A DNA stretch of 63,916 nt, the filler included, from Choristocarpus tenellus KU-1152 (taxonomy: Eukaryota > Protista > Phaeophyceae), in NCBI GenBank assembly GCA_964200185.2. It is 13 parts of 13 records of this genome, joined end to end, with 100 filler letters (N's around TTAATTAATTAA, not from the genome) between each part and the next. Parts side by side here need not be neighbours in the genome. Positions count along the whole stretch, not along the records: positions 1 to 5,898 come from CAXNAD020009472.1; positions 5,999 to 15,403 come from CAXNAD020003704.1; 11 more parts are not named here. One strand, 5' to 3'. The notes under the pieces are model-generated. The model was not told the origin of the DNA. It saw only the letters and a program-made list of their open reading frames with translations, and did no database searches. Within the stretch, counting starts at the first letter, position 1. Every line of letters begins with the position of its first letter. Of the stretch, positions 1-11,663 are shown in pieces. The position numbers were made by a program, and so were the translations under genes.

Positions 1-147
1 TTGTTCCGGACACACCTTTTCATAACGTATACATTTTACCTACTCCGAACTATTTTGGAGTAGGAAAATGTCATAGGAACCCTCAGGGAAGCCAAGCCCC
101 AAATAGACAAACAGGACAATACTCGTACCCTCAAGATATTTTCACTC
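1..147 (+). mobile_element. MITE family A, truncated copy (right end)
   Basis: Matches the right half of the full copy at 51311-51569; ends GTACCCTCAAGATATTTTCACTC. Confidence 0.85.
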
Positions 148-234
148 TTAGGACAGATGGCGAGACTCAAAGTATCTGAGGGGGGAATTTCCACCATCAA
201 TCTTTAACCCCCAATGCTTTTGCCACCAGAAATG

Positions 235-1410
235 CCTTTTTCACAGTTCAAATGGAAATATAAGTCTCATAGAAAGATTCTGTTGCCAGGAAAGAATTAA
301 ACCTGTACACTGTTGAGGATGCTACTATAGAAGGTTTTGTGTGAAAATGTCCCTTGGCTTTGAGCTGTAGTAATAGTTGTGGCTGAGTAGGACCATTGGG
401 TCAGGCTGTCTACCACAGAAGTGCATCGACATAGTATGCTATAGTGGCCATCTTCCACCACAGTCACGTGGGCGTGGAATTTCTCCTTATCCTAGTACCA
501 TGCATAGGAACCTTGGACACTTACCCACAATATACTCATTACTGTTAGAGATGGACCAAAATGGGCGCTATATGAAAGAAAGATCTTTGATTGGACTGCT
601 GTGGTCGAGCGCTCCATTTAACGTTTAGAGACCGTAAATAGGTGGTGGTGGGATCGTTGAATGTACAGTGTACATGGTTCTGTGAAACCTTCTCATCACT
701 TCCTAGTGGAGAGCAGATAAGGCATACATTCAGATGGAACACAAGGCAACAATACCTGGGGTTGGTTTCCTGCCTGATGTTGTTAAATAATTGAGATACC
801 ACTGATAATAATCAGAGCCTGAGGAGCTAATCCAGCATAATCCGTGGGTCATCACCCCATTATTCGCGTGCTCTCCCTGAGCTGTCATCTCAGTCTTTCC
901 CTTACCCCTTTCGCCAATGTCAGGATCACATTCTATCTGTTTATCTTCCTGCCGCAGGGAGCTGGTAAAGCCGTGTAGCTGGGATTCGATCCTCAACCTC
1001 TCACTCAATATGTGCAAGTGACCTCAGCGACAGCTCAACTTCTTGTGTCCAACGTCATGGTTTCTTTCTATTACCCCATCACCTTGACAATACAGGTGCA
1101 GTTTATCTTTCAGGATCAAATTTTGACACCGAGGGAAACACAACAAGCTTTATTAACGACACTTCTGGTTCTTGGGGAGGTGAGTATGTATGACTGGCTA
1201 AATTTTGAATCAAATAATTCAGAGGTAGGCAAGGTTGCATTCTAAGGATCCCGATAAATGACAAAAATACACTATTTTGTATAATATAGAAACAGCGTTT
1301 GCCGAAGTGTGGTGTCCCTTTTTGTGTGTGGGAAGAGGAAATATAATTTTTCATTCACTACTGTGCACATACAGCAATCACATGGGGTGTATTGCACAGG
1401 TTTTTAAGAC
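235..1410. repeat. Unit 1 of a local diverged duplication (unit 2 at ~1843-3265)
   Basis: Collinear similarity, e.g. CACAGTTCAAATGGAAA at ~242 and ~1850, and GGGATTCGATCCTCA at ~981 and ~2830. Unit 2 carries an extra MITE and a 24-bp deletion. Confidence 0.9.
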
Positions 1411-1842
1411 GACTTAATAATTAAACAGAACTAAACCTGCCTACCTCTTCAAATGCATTATATGGGCTCTTTAGCATTTTTGGTTGCAAGGAGCTCTGTA
1501 GGAGGTAAGGGTCATTATACCTGGATTGGATTAATTCAAAGGTTTGTAGAATAGTCGCAATGACTCCCTGATATAGCCGTAGCTATCTGTGTGGGGACGT
1601 CACACAAAGAAAATATTGATAGTCCCTTAGCAGAATGTTTGTAATAGAATCTCCTTTTTTCCAGGACATCTCCATGGTGAAATGCTTGTCTATGTGCTCT
1701 GCTCCTTGGGGAGGTAGACTAGCACCTTTGTGTAGCTACTGGCAAGATTTTCTTGCGTACTTTAGTATTCCAACACTCCTATGAAGACACAAACTATAAT
1801 GCAGTAAGTTGTATTCTGCGTTCAACCAACCCAAAATGTTGC

Positions 1843-3265
1843 CCTTATGCACAGTTCAAATGGAAAAATCTCAGTCTCATAGCAAGGCTTTGGTGTATGT
1901 TGAAGGTTAAAACTGTGCACTGTTGAGAAAGCTACTATGTGGAACGTTCTTGTATGAAAAAATGTGCCCTGGTTTTGAGCTGTAGTAATAGTTGTGACTG
2001 AGTAGGACCATTGGGTCAGGTTATCTACCACGGAAGAGTGAAAGTATCTTAGAGGATACGAGTTTTGCCCTGTTTGTCCATTCGGGGCTTGGCTTCCCAC
2101 GTTTTTTTTATGACATCTTCCTACTCCAAAATGTTTTAGAGTAGGTAAAATATATATACGTTATGAAAAGATGTGTCCGGAACAAGACACTTCCTAACAA
2201 ACACGATGGCCAAAATTACATCAAAATCGAATCATTGGATTTTGTCCCCCAAATGGACGCGACCCTACCCTCAAAGATACTTTGCCTCAGAAGTGCATCG
2301 ATATTGTATGCTCTATAGTGACCATCTTCCACCACAGTCACGTGGATGTAGTAATTTTCCCTTGACCTGGTACCATGTATAGGGCGTGGACACTTGCCCA
2401 CAATATATCCACTGCCGTTAGAGATGGACCAAAATGGGTGATATATGATAGAAAGATCTTTGATTGGACTGCTCTGGTCGAGCACTCCGTTCAGCATCTA
2501 GAGACCGTAAATCGCTGGTGGGATCCTTGAATGTACAGAGTACATGGTTCTGTGAAAACTCCTCGTCAACGCCCAGTGGAGAGCAGACAAGGCAACAATA
2601 CCTGGGGTTGGTTTCCTCCTTGATGTTGTTAAATCATTGAGATACCACTGTTTGAAAAAATCAGAGCCTGGGGAGCTAACCCAGCATAATCCGTGGGCCA
2701 TCACCCCACTAATCGTGTGCTCTCCCTGAGCTGTCATCTCAGTCTTTCCCTTACCTCTTTCGCCCATCTCAGGATCACATTCTATCTGTTTATCTTCCTG
2801 CCGCAGGGAGCTGGTAAAGCGGTGTAGCTGGGATTCGATCCTCATCCTCTCACTCAATATGTGCAAGTGACCTCAGCGACAGCTCAACTTCTTATGTCCA
2901 CCAACGTCAAGGTTTCTTTCTATTACCCCATCACCTTGCCAATACAGGTGCAGTTTATCTCTTTGAATCAAATGTCGACACCGAGGGAAACACAACAAGC
3001 TTTATTATCAATAATTTTGGTTCTTGGGTAGGTGAGTATGTATGACTGGCTAAATTTTGAGTCGAGGTAATTCAGAAGTGTAGGCAAGGTTGCATTCTAA
3101 GGATCCCGAGAAATGACAAAAATACACTATTTTGTACAATATAGAAACAGCCTTTGCTGAAGCGTGGTGTCCCTTTGTTTGTGGGAAGAAGGAATATCAA
3201 ATTTTCATTCACTGCTGTGCACATACAGCAATCACACGGGGGGCATTGCACAGTTTTTGAAATAT
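1843..3265. repeat. Unit 2 of the local duplication, interrupted by MITE A
   Basis: See unit 1; the minus-strand ORF-track peptides 730-1017 and 2498-2866 are near-identical. Confidence 0.9.
2036..2288 (-). mobile_element. MITE family A (~255 bp), full copy
   Basis: TIRs GAGTGAAAGTATCTTAGAGG...CCTCAAAGATACTTTGCCTC; flanks GGAA/AGAA. The paralogous empty site at ~411-428 has a single AGAA. Confidence 0.9.
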
Positions 3266-3870
3266 GGCTGAGAATTGTTAAAGCATGTGTAGAACCACAA
3301 GTCTTGGTACTGAAATATGTATATTAATTCCTTCTCAGTTAAGTTGTAGTAGGTAAAACGTTGGAATGAGAAACACCATCCAAGCGGGGGGGTGATAAAC
3401 CTTTCACTCATCCCTTATCACTAAAACCTCATAACTCAATCTATGTTACTTGCTACAACATTCCTTATCCAGTATTCTTTTCATGACACTGTAAATAACC
3501 CAGATACTGTTATCTTAATCTTTCAACAGAAAGATAACTATCCAGTTATCCAACAGTTATCCAACAGTTATTCAACAACACTCTAATTTTCCTAACAACT
3601 CATTGTTTCCTTAATTAATATTTTCCCATATGAATCTTGACAAGAATGAAAAAGGACAATAACCTTGTCTACCTGTCAATTTCATTGGCTCTTTAGCACT
3701 GGACCCTCATAGAGGGAGCATATCCGGGAGTGTCACGTTTGGTGGGAGCACTCGTGGAATAACACCAAATTTAATACATTTTGAAGGACAATTTCTACCG
3801 TGAACATGCCTGGCCATTTTACGTGTGCTTCATCTATTAGCAGACAAAATTGTGGGGTGATTCTGAGTGT

Positions 3871-4124
3871 GAATGAAATTATCTTAGAGGGTACGAGTTT
3901 TGCCTTGTTTGTCCATTTGGGGCTTGGCTTCCGATGGGATTTTTTAATGACATGTTCCTACTCCAAAATGTTTCAGAGTAGATAAAATGTACACGTTATG
4001 AAAAGGTGTGCCCGGAACAAAGATATTGATACTTCCGAACAAAGACGATAGCCAAAATTAAATAGGCAAAATTGAATTTTGGCCCCAAATGGACGTGGCT
4101 CTACCCTCGTAGGTACTTTGGCTC
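3871..4124 (-). mobile_element. MITE family A, full copy
   Basis: Same TIRs and internal sequence (CCATTTGGGG / CCCCAAATGG subterminal motifs); no clean 4-bp TSD. Confidence 0.88.
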
Positions 4125-5898
4125 TGTGCATATCCTATAATGTATTTTTTATGAAATGTGTAAATTCTTCTCACCATTCCAACAAAGAGTTATTAAACAG
4201 TCACGTTTACCCTGCAAGTATCAACCTCGAACGTCGCTAGTAAGCACTGTTTAGTGGTATGAACTGTCCCTGCTCACAGCAGGGGTATATTGGATGAGAA
4301 AGTGAGAGCTTTGTTGAAGTTGAATTGTCAAGGTTTTCTTTGTACAAGATCACCCTGTATTTCTTAATGGGCAGGGAGTTGTGATGGGTTGCCAACCAGA
4401 GTGTATACCCGCAAATTGTCCAGCGGTAAACTTTCTTCACAGTCATAGGGGGATGGAGATATCGGCCCTACCTGGTTGGCTTTATACTCTCGTATGACCC
4501 TTACGCTTGCCTCCAACATAGCCACTGCTGCTAGGGTGAATAAGCCAGGTTCATAATGAGTAGATGGGGAGATCTTTGTTCTTACTCCTCTGGAGTGCTC
4601 GAAAAACTACAGGAGACTCCTTTATATTTTGTTCATTATTTTCTTGGATTCTTGCGGAGTACAACAATACTTTAAAAAAAAATCTCCATGTCCACCTTTT
4701 GAATTATAGCGCACAAATCACGTTTGCATAGGAGGTAGCAAAAGCTGGTGTCATTTTCCGATTCGCAAGCGCGTGTACTCAGACCTTCTGCCATCCTTGA
4801 TCTCTGCTGAAAACTCAATTTTGTGCACGAAATTGAGGTTACAAATCTTTCTCCTTTCCCTTCGTTTAAATTGAAGCAGGTGCAGTATATCTGAGGTTTG
4901 ATTCGAGCCTCACTGCTGGTGGAAACACAATGGATTTTAGCAGTATCAAGGCTGACGGTGGTGGAGGTGAGCATGGTTGGGATCTGCATGGATACTTCTA
5001 CTGATACAAACAACACACAATATTTTGAACGATTTGTGAAGCGTAATCTGAAGGTGTCTACTAAGAATAATGACACATTAAGGAGGAGCAGTCCCGTCGC
5101 AGATGTCAGTCAACTTGTATTCCGCAGGAAACTATCGCGTAACGTCTGCCCATCTTTCGCTGTGGTTTTATCTGACGATGTAGGTGTAAGTAGTGGGATG
5201 CTGAGTGCGCATCTGCTGGGAAATACTACTTGTTGGTGGGCGAATGACAATAGTATTGAGGTTCTTGTGTCTTTCAAGGGTTGCTATGTGCAAGTGCAAT
5301 TTGTGTTTGAGTTTGCTGTAAAAGTTATTACTGAGTAGAGCTGTTTAGACCAGGTTGCCCACAAGACTACTTCTCAACTGAGCATCCTGAAGAAGCGACT
5401 AGAGTCGAGGAGATAAGGCCAATTCCCACAATATTTGGTGCCACACACAGGATGTTGACGTTTTGAGCAACATAAGAACTGCCATGATTGATTCACAAGT
5501 GTGGTGATTGCATGCAAACGGAGCTGTACTCGCACTTTGTAGACCTGCCACAATTATTAATACTTGAAAGTGTCAGATTTTAGTGCCCTCCAAAAGAGAT
5601 CGTTTTTTTATTGATGATTGTTTTACAATTAGTTGCGATATTACGAAACATCCACCCAGTAAAATTCTACTCCAAGTACGATATTTCAAATTTCGTGAGA
5701 TGTGAGTCTTGGAGTGGTTTCGACTATAAGCTCCATTTTTTTTTGTGATATTTCTTGTTTTGTTCTTTTCTGGTGCACGACAGTTCTGTTGGTTTGTGCG
5801 GTGAACTATACTACCGTTATGGGGTTTGTTAAGTGTGAGAGTTTATGAAGTAAACTGAGTTTTGTGGGCGGGAGAATTCTGGTTGGCTGGGGGCACAG

Positions 5899-5998
5899 NN
5901 NNNNNNNNNNNNNNNNNNNNNNNNNNNNNNNNNNNNNNNNNNTTAATTAATTAANNNNNNNNNNNNNNNNNNNNNNNNNNNNNNNNNNNNNNNNNNNN
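5899..5998. other. Artificial contig linker (N44-TTAATTAATTAA-N44)
   Basis: The identical 100-nt spacer, with stops in all six frames, recurs at 15404-15503, 19484-19583, 24918-25017, 30776-30875, 35751-35850, 38372-38471, 42033-42132, 47721-47820, 51637-51736, 58691-58790 and 61312-61411. Confidence 0.98.
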
Positions 5999-7108
5999 GC
6001 GGTCATATGCATAAAGAAACAAGAAAGAACAGAGATGGGAACAACAACAAAATAGAAAGAGGAACACAAGGTAACAGTGGGACGCACTTGATGCATGTTC
6101 CGAAGTAACTTAGATGACGTGAGCTATGATGTTCCTGTGTGTAATGTGGGTCAACTGAATATCAACTGATGCTATACTTCTATCTGCTCTCATCGATGTG
6201 ATGATGAGTTGGAATGCGCAATAAATAGATGAATACAAACAACCAGTGCAGTGCACCAATCAACAGTCAGTACAAGCTGGTAGTATTGTGCATGATATCA
6301 ACAAGAACAAATGAATAGCCCATGTTTTAAGAGCAGTTTGTAGAATGCAATAGCACGTAGTGTGTTCGTTGGTCAAGGTGCAAAATTAAACTTTTTTGGT
6401 GGAAGAAACATCACTGATAAGTTATCAGATCAAAACACGACGACAACACGACGAGATATGGCAGTTGGGTTTTAAGTGGGGGTTGTTAGAAGTATTCGAC
6501 CACCACCCCATATATTTTACAGCAATCTGGTGTCATTGGGTACATCACATAGGAGGGGGGGGTTAAGAGATATGTGATCCCACTCGCCCTTCCAAAAGGA
6601 TTTTGCAATTTTTTATTATTGATACTTAAAATTTAGTGCTTATCAAAGCTGTCACTGCGGAGTGATTCTATCTCAGATCCTGCCGCTTGACGATATGGTT
6701 CGAGGTAGTCCTTCGAAGTGTATTACAGTGTAAAACTCTATCTTCCATTTATGTTGTGATGGACGGAACAAGAAGGTACCTTAATCAAATCCCAATGGCG
6801 GAATAGGAAGTGTGAAGAAGGATTGAGGCATAATAGGGTAGTAGTATCCTATCAACCATCCAACGAAAAACACCATCTTGATATAAACAATGTATGATTG
6901 AAATTAAATCATTATTAGGACAAAAAGAATCAATCGGTTGTACTACACCAACTTTTGTCGCATATGTGTACTACACGTTGGAATTGGCTATCGAGTCTCC
7001 TTCACCTCTACGTCACGTGGATAATATTTCGTCCCATGAACACTTATCGACACCACATATTTAGCCTACAGAAGTGAAGGCTTCAAGTGCAGAGAATCCG
7101 TCTGATCC

Positions 7109-8818
7109 ATGGCCCAATATCGGAATTGTCAAGATTTCTCAACGAGAAGTGAAGGAGGAAAAAAACGTTACCATCGTCGTGTACTACCCTTTCCAAAGAG
7201 CTTGGTGAGGCGGGTCATTGGGGTGAGGAGGTGCAATCTAGGTTCTTGGGAAACCAGCATCGAGGGTCTTGTCGGTCGCTTGGTCGTCAAAGATAGCCTT
7301 GATGATTCCGAACAGTCCATCCTTCTAACTGAGGAAGGATCCTCGGACATGGCAATCGATCTACTGAGAGCGAACCTTGGGTCCTTCATCAACTTTTGTA
7401 TCACCAGAAACAGTGACTTCTTCCCAGAACTGGGCATGGTTTGGATAGAGTTGAAGAAGACAGTGCCCTCCAATATTTCTTTTTGTTCGGCTAGGTATCA
7501 CTCAACAATGCGACGGTGGATGCGTAAAGAATACGAAGACAAGAAGCCATGGGCGCCACAGGAACTCTTTGTGATCAAGATCATTGACCAGGATGACGAT
7601 AATATTGGGGCCCCGGACCTACAAAGCTATCCTAGACAATCGAAACTGGTGTGTGGTGCTGCTGGTCTGGATATTTGTCTCCGAAATTTGGAGGAAATGT
7701 TGATGAGGGAGATGGAGTCTGTAAGGTCTAGTGAAGGCAATAGAGTTTTCTATTGTGGAGGAGCCCTGGGAGTCACTTTTTTCACAAAGATTCCTTGCTT
7801 AAGATTTCGACGACAAGGGAGAACACTTCCCTGGCACGAAGCTGTCAAGATGGAGCATGGGAAGGACTTTAAACTCCGCTTCAGTCCAGAGGGAGTCATT
7901 CAATCAAATGAAGATGCTGAACGTTTTCGGGCATTACTAATCTCGAAGGGATTTGTCCTGCTCGAATCTGGGTACAGGATTACCCTCTCTCTTGTTGATA
8001 CCAAATCCAAGGAGGCCATAGCGGTGCATCTTTACCCCAAAGAAGGTTATGTTGAGAAGCTAATTGGAGATGGGAGTGCCGAAGAGAAAGCTCTCGGGGT
8101 GGAGATAAGAGAGGCGCTTCAGCACAACAAAGCACAGCGACACCAACATCAAGAAGAGGTCGATCGTATTTTGAGCTGTAGGAACTATGGGGATGTGCTT
8201 CAACTGGGAACTCATTTTGATGCTCAAGATGCAGTGACAAGATTTATAGAGAAGAAAAGACTTGTACATCTAGGGATACTGCAAGAAGATGAGGAGGTTG
8301 CGTCCCTTGCAACAGTGGCCATGAAGGTCCTAAGTCAGGCCTTCACCATCTGCAATAGCAATGGAGGAGGGCATGGCGGACGGAAGGAAGAGATGGATTC
8401 CAATGTCAACACATTTGCAGAGGAGCATGGTGTGGAGCTGCGATCAAAACGCTCTGCTGCCCTCAATACCAACAAACAGGAAGGGTCCTCTTCGCCAATA
8501 CCTTTCACTATCAGGAGAATGACCACTGGTCAAAAGCGACATGCCAGCATCTCCCTGGTGTCCAATAGAGGCAATGACTTCGAGGACCAAATCCTAGGAC
8601 GCCTTGGAGTATGGAGTGGACAGAAACTGCCTCCTGATGATGACCGTTGGAGAATGGTATCTGATTACCTTGAGGAGGTTTGGTCTCGACAGAATGGAAC
8701 GACTTTGGTGTTTCCAGAGCATCAAAGTCTTCAATTGGAAGTTGCGCGCTACAAGCTGCACGAAGTGTTCAACTATGGTGATGTTATTATCAAGATACAG
8801 CAGGTGTGCATATCATAA
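7109..8818 (+). CDS. Hypothetical 569-aa protein: KH-like N-terminus, degenerate J-like domain, CYTH-like C-terminus
   Basis: By far the longest uninterrupted ORF, with protein-like composition. Motifs recognised by eye: LPFPKSLVRRVIGVRRCNL (KH-like); VDRILSCRNYGDVLQL...RLVHLG...ATVAMKVLSQAF (J-like); ARYKLHEVFNYGDVIIKIQQV (CYTH-like). A possible donor CAG|GTGTGC at 8803/8804 may splice to an exon at 8922-9056. Confidence 0.8.
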   Translation: MAQYRNCQDFSTRSEGGKKRYHRRVLPFPKSLVRRVIGVRRCNLGSWETSIEGLVGRLVVKDSLDDSEQSILLTEEGSSDMAIDLLRANLGSFINFCITRNSDFFPELGMVWIELKKTVPSNISFCSARYHSTMRRWMRKEYEDKKPWAPQELFVIKIIDQDDDNIGAPDLQSYPRQSKLVCGAAGLDICLRNLEEMLMREMESVRSSEGNRVFYCGGALGVTFFTKIPCLRFRRQGRTLPWHEAVKMEHGKDFKLRFSPEGVIQSNEDAERFRALLISKGFVLLESGYRITLSLVDTKSKEAIAVHLYPKEGYVEKLIGDGSAEEKALGVEIREALQHNKAQRHQHQEEVDRILSCRNYGDVLQLGTHFDAQDAVTRFIEKKRLVHLGILQEDEEVASLATVAMKVLSQAFTICNSNGGGHGGRKEEMDSNVNTFAEEHGVELRSKRSAALNTNKQEGSSSPIPFTIRRMTTGQKRHASISLVSNRGNDFEDQILGRLGVWSGQKLPPDDDRWRMVSDYLEEVWSRQNGTTLVFPEHQSLQLEVARYKLHEVFNYGDVIIKIQQVCIS

Positions 8819-9829
8819 ATTACTGAATTTGTCTGCACGAAAAATATGTAGTAGAACAGACATTCATTTTTTGTTTGTATGGAGTCAGGGCGAATAATAC
8901 TTTTTAAATTGTACTTTATAGGTAGATGTGAGACTAACTGAGCAACGAAACTGCGTATGCTTTCTTGTAGATTGTTCAAATGGTTTGGATTACCTGGTGA
9001 CCTTGAATAAAGACCATTTCTGTGGACTGGAATTCTCTCAATATCATGTGCTTTGAATTAAGTTAGATTGAAAGAATGATTGTGTATCGTGAAATACCAT
9101 TGATTCATCATGCCTGTCGACATTTTACGGTTATTTTATATCATGGGAGTTAAGTAACTCTTGGTTAAAGCAAAATCTCGATGGCTCCTGCTGAGAACGT
9201 CTAGATATTTTTCATATATTCCGTGAGTGTATGCGTGTCTTCAATGTAGAAAAAGCAAGAATACGCAGGAAAACAATATCATGCCATACACTTGTATGTT
9301 TCTACACATCCTTCCTACTACAACCACTTCTAATCCCCTGCAATTGCAAAACTCTCTGGCGTTCATCCATGGCAGATGTGTTGTTATGATCTTGGCAATC
9401 GGTCTTGTAGTCCTGTGCAATCCTGTGCTGCACCAAAAGCTTGCTAAGTTACCTCAATGTTTCTGAAATTGATATTTACAAGTGGCACCTGTTGCTTTGC
9501 TAACAAGTTTTAGGGCGATGAGAGTGGCAAAGACTCGTCCACATTTCTGGAAGCGACATGGAGGAAATGCCAAATAGTCCTTACGAAATCGTTTTAAGAA
9601 GACATCAAAATGATGGCATATGATCAATATTTTCTTAGAGGAATTGTTTGCAAATATGTGCGTGATGAGTGGCGTAAAAGCGGATTGCCAAAATGGTAGC
9701 TGGTCCATCATTGTTGCTGGAACCATATAATGCAAAACCTAGGTTTGTAAATCTTCTAAAGAGCACTTCGCAGAGACGACAACTTCACTATTGTTAACAT
9801 AATAAAAAACATCCCTCTTGTGTTTCAAT

Positions 9830-10740
9830 ATGAAGGTCCGAACGCAGGATCTCTTTACGGTTCAGAGGGAGGTAACAGCAAAGCACTGGGAAGTTCTGAC
9901 CTACTCGTGCCTCATCGACGATTTTGTTGCATCTGCTCCATCTGGTGATGACAGCACAGTGCATTGCTTGCCATACAGCAGTTATGGTACTACAGGCAAT
10001 GAACCAGGGATACCTGTCTTACCTCATAGCATCAGGAGTGCGCTCCATGGTCTGGTGGAAATTGCACAAGATCTCACCAAGGAATTTTTTTCTCATCAAA
10101 GCTCTTGAAGATCAGGCTCAAAGTATCTGGGGGTGGGTGGCGGCTGTCCATTTGGGGTCAATTTTTTCATGTCGTGACTTTTTGGGGTTATTGGTTGCAT
10201 ACGTCTGATGGATGATGTAAATGGACCTTTCCTGATTTTGACCCAAATGGACAGACACCCTTGTGTAGATCCCCGCCCCCCCCAGATAATTTTGGTCTCT
10301 CATTTTCTAATGATGACGCAGGAATAAGTACTGCTGGTAGAGCGATGGGGGTGGATCCATTGCATTTGTGTTTGAAGATGTCTTGGTCGGTTATGTTGGT
10401 TAATATTGCAACTGTAACAGCTTCATCTACGAAAACAACAGATCCACGAGATAATAGCAAGCCCTATCATACCTTTGTTTGTAAATATATTTTATGGCTA
10501 ATGTCGCCACCAAGAAGGTCAAGAAAGGGACGTGGAATGTTGAGGGGCAGTGGAGGAGTACAAAGAGGTGGATTGAGAATGAAAAAAAAATGAGGTCTTT
10601 TTGGCTTCGTTCTTGACCGTGACGTTTCCACCAGAACTGTACCCACAAACGACTCTCGCAATCATGGCGATCCATGTATGTGACGAGGAGAAGAAAATTA
10701 CATGGACAACTGTTGTAGTTAAAACATAGGTTACTCATCT
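9830..10740 (-). pseudogene. Probable decayed Mutator-like (MULE) transposase fragment, split by a MITE
   Basis: Minus-strand peptides GSVVFVDE..NITDQD (10188-10460 ORF) and, across the MITE, EILCNFHQ resemble the first catalytic D region and the CxFH motif of MULE transposases; stops are present. Confidence 0.35.
10115..10298 (+). mobile_element. MITE family B (~180 bp)
   Basis: TIRs GGCTCAAAGTATCTGGGG...CCCCAGATAATTTTGGTCT; flanks ATCA/CTCA; reverse-complement copy at 11482-11663. Confidence 0.8.
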
Positions 10741-11481
10741 GTTTGTTCCTTGATACGATACAGTTTCAGCTGTCAACACTGACTGTTGATGGTCTGTTAC
10801 GTTCTGGAAGTTACTGTCGCTAGTTCGTCATCACCACATCAACTACAATCAGAATACCGCAGTACAGAACAGTCACTCTACGTTCCACACAAAATAGTAT
10901 AGTATAGTGTACGTCACTTGAGTTGCATCACATATTGTTTCAATTTTGTTCGGTTGTTCTGTTGTTTGTTTTTCTTTCACTCTTTCTTCTTATCAGCAGA
11001 AGATGACAGTTGTACATTGATTATTATTATTTCTTTCGTGGCTGCCATTGATCCCTCGAATAGCACCAAAGCCACTCTGCAAACTGTCTACCACACACAT
11101 GGATGTAATATAATCAGCGTCAAAACCATCCGCGGAAACCCTTGCCAGTCAAGGTAACAAGCCTCTCCACAGAGCATGGACCTCCCTCGTTAAGTATCTC
11201 ATGAAAGAACACTGAATTCACATAACATATTTCTTGACTGAAAGATCAATGACCTCAGATACAACAGAATAAATACATCGATGCTTTACAGTACAATCAC
11301 ACCTATCCATAACATAGATTACGCATATCACTCATCGGTGGTTTGCAACACCATGATTCCTCATCGCTAGTAGTCTACGCATTTTACTTACATGTACGAT
11401 GCATTCGATTCAGGTTTCAAAAGGTTATGAGCCTCACACGATTCCCCAGCATTGCATACCCTCGTTGTAACTAAACCTTAT

Positions 11482-11663
11482 GACCCAAAGTATCTGGTGG
11501 TGGGGGGGGGGTCTACACCAAGGTGTCCGTTTGGCCCAAAGTAAGGAAAAGTGCATTTATATTATGCATCCGACATATGCAACCAAATCACCCAAAAAGT
11601 GCGAGATGAAAAAATTGACCCCAAATGGACAGCCGCCACCCCCCCCAAAAAATATTTTGAGCC
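11482..11663 (-). mobile_element. MITE family B, full copy with perfect 4-bp TSD
   Basis: GACCCAAAGTATCTGG...AAATATTTTGAGCC flanked by TTAT on both sides. Partial ends also at ~164, 38351-38371, 41986-42032, 42133-42209 and 47634-47720. Confidence 0.85.

Noticed and set aside
3541-3580. DnaA-box-like GTTATCCAACA triplet
   Set aside because: It is an 11-bp tandem repeat inside a repeat insert in eukaryotic DNA, and does not match TTATCCACA exactly.
4672-5338. Overlapping 134-146 aa ORFs and a possible CxxC...HH (HNH-like) peptide on the minus strand
   Set aside because: The suggestive frame has several stops and no recognisable family; too weak to call.
5943-5954. Recurrent TTAATTAATTAA palindrome
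   Set aside because: Synthetic six-frame-stop spacer embedded in N runs.
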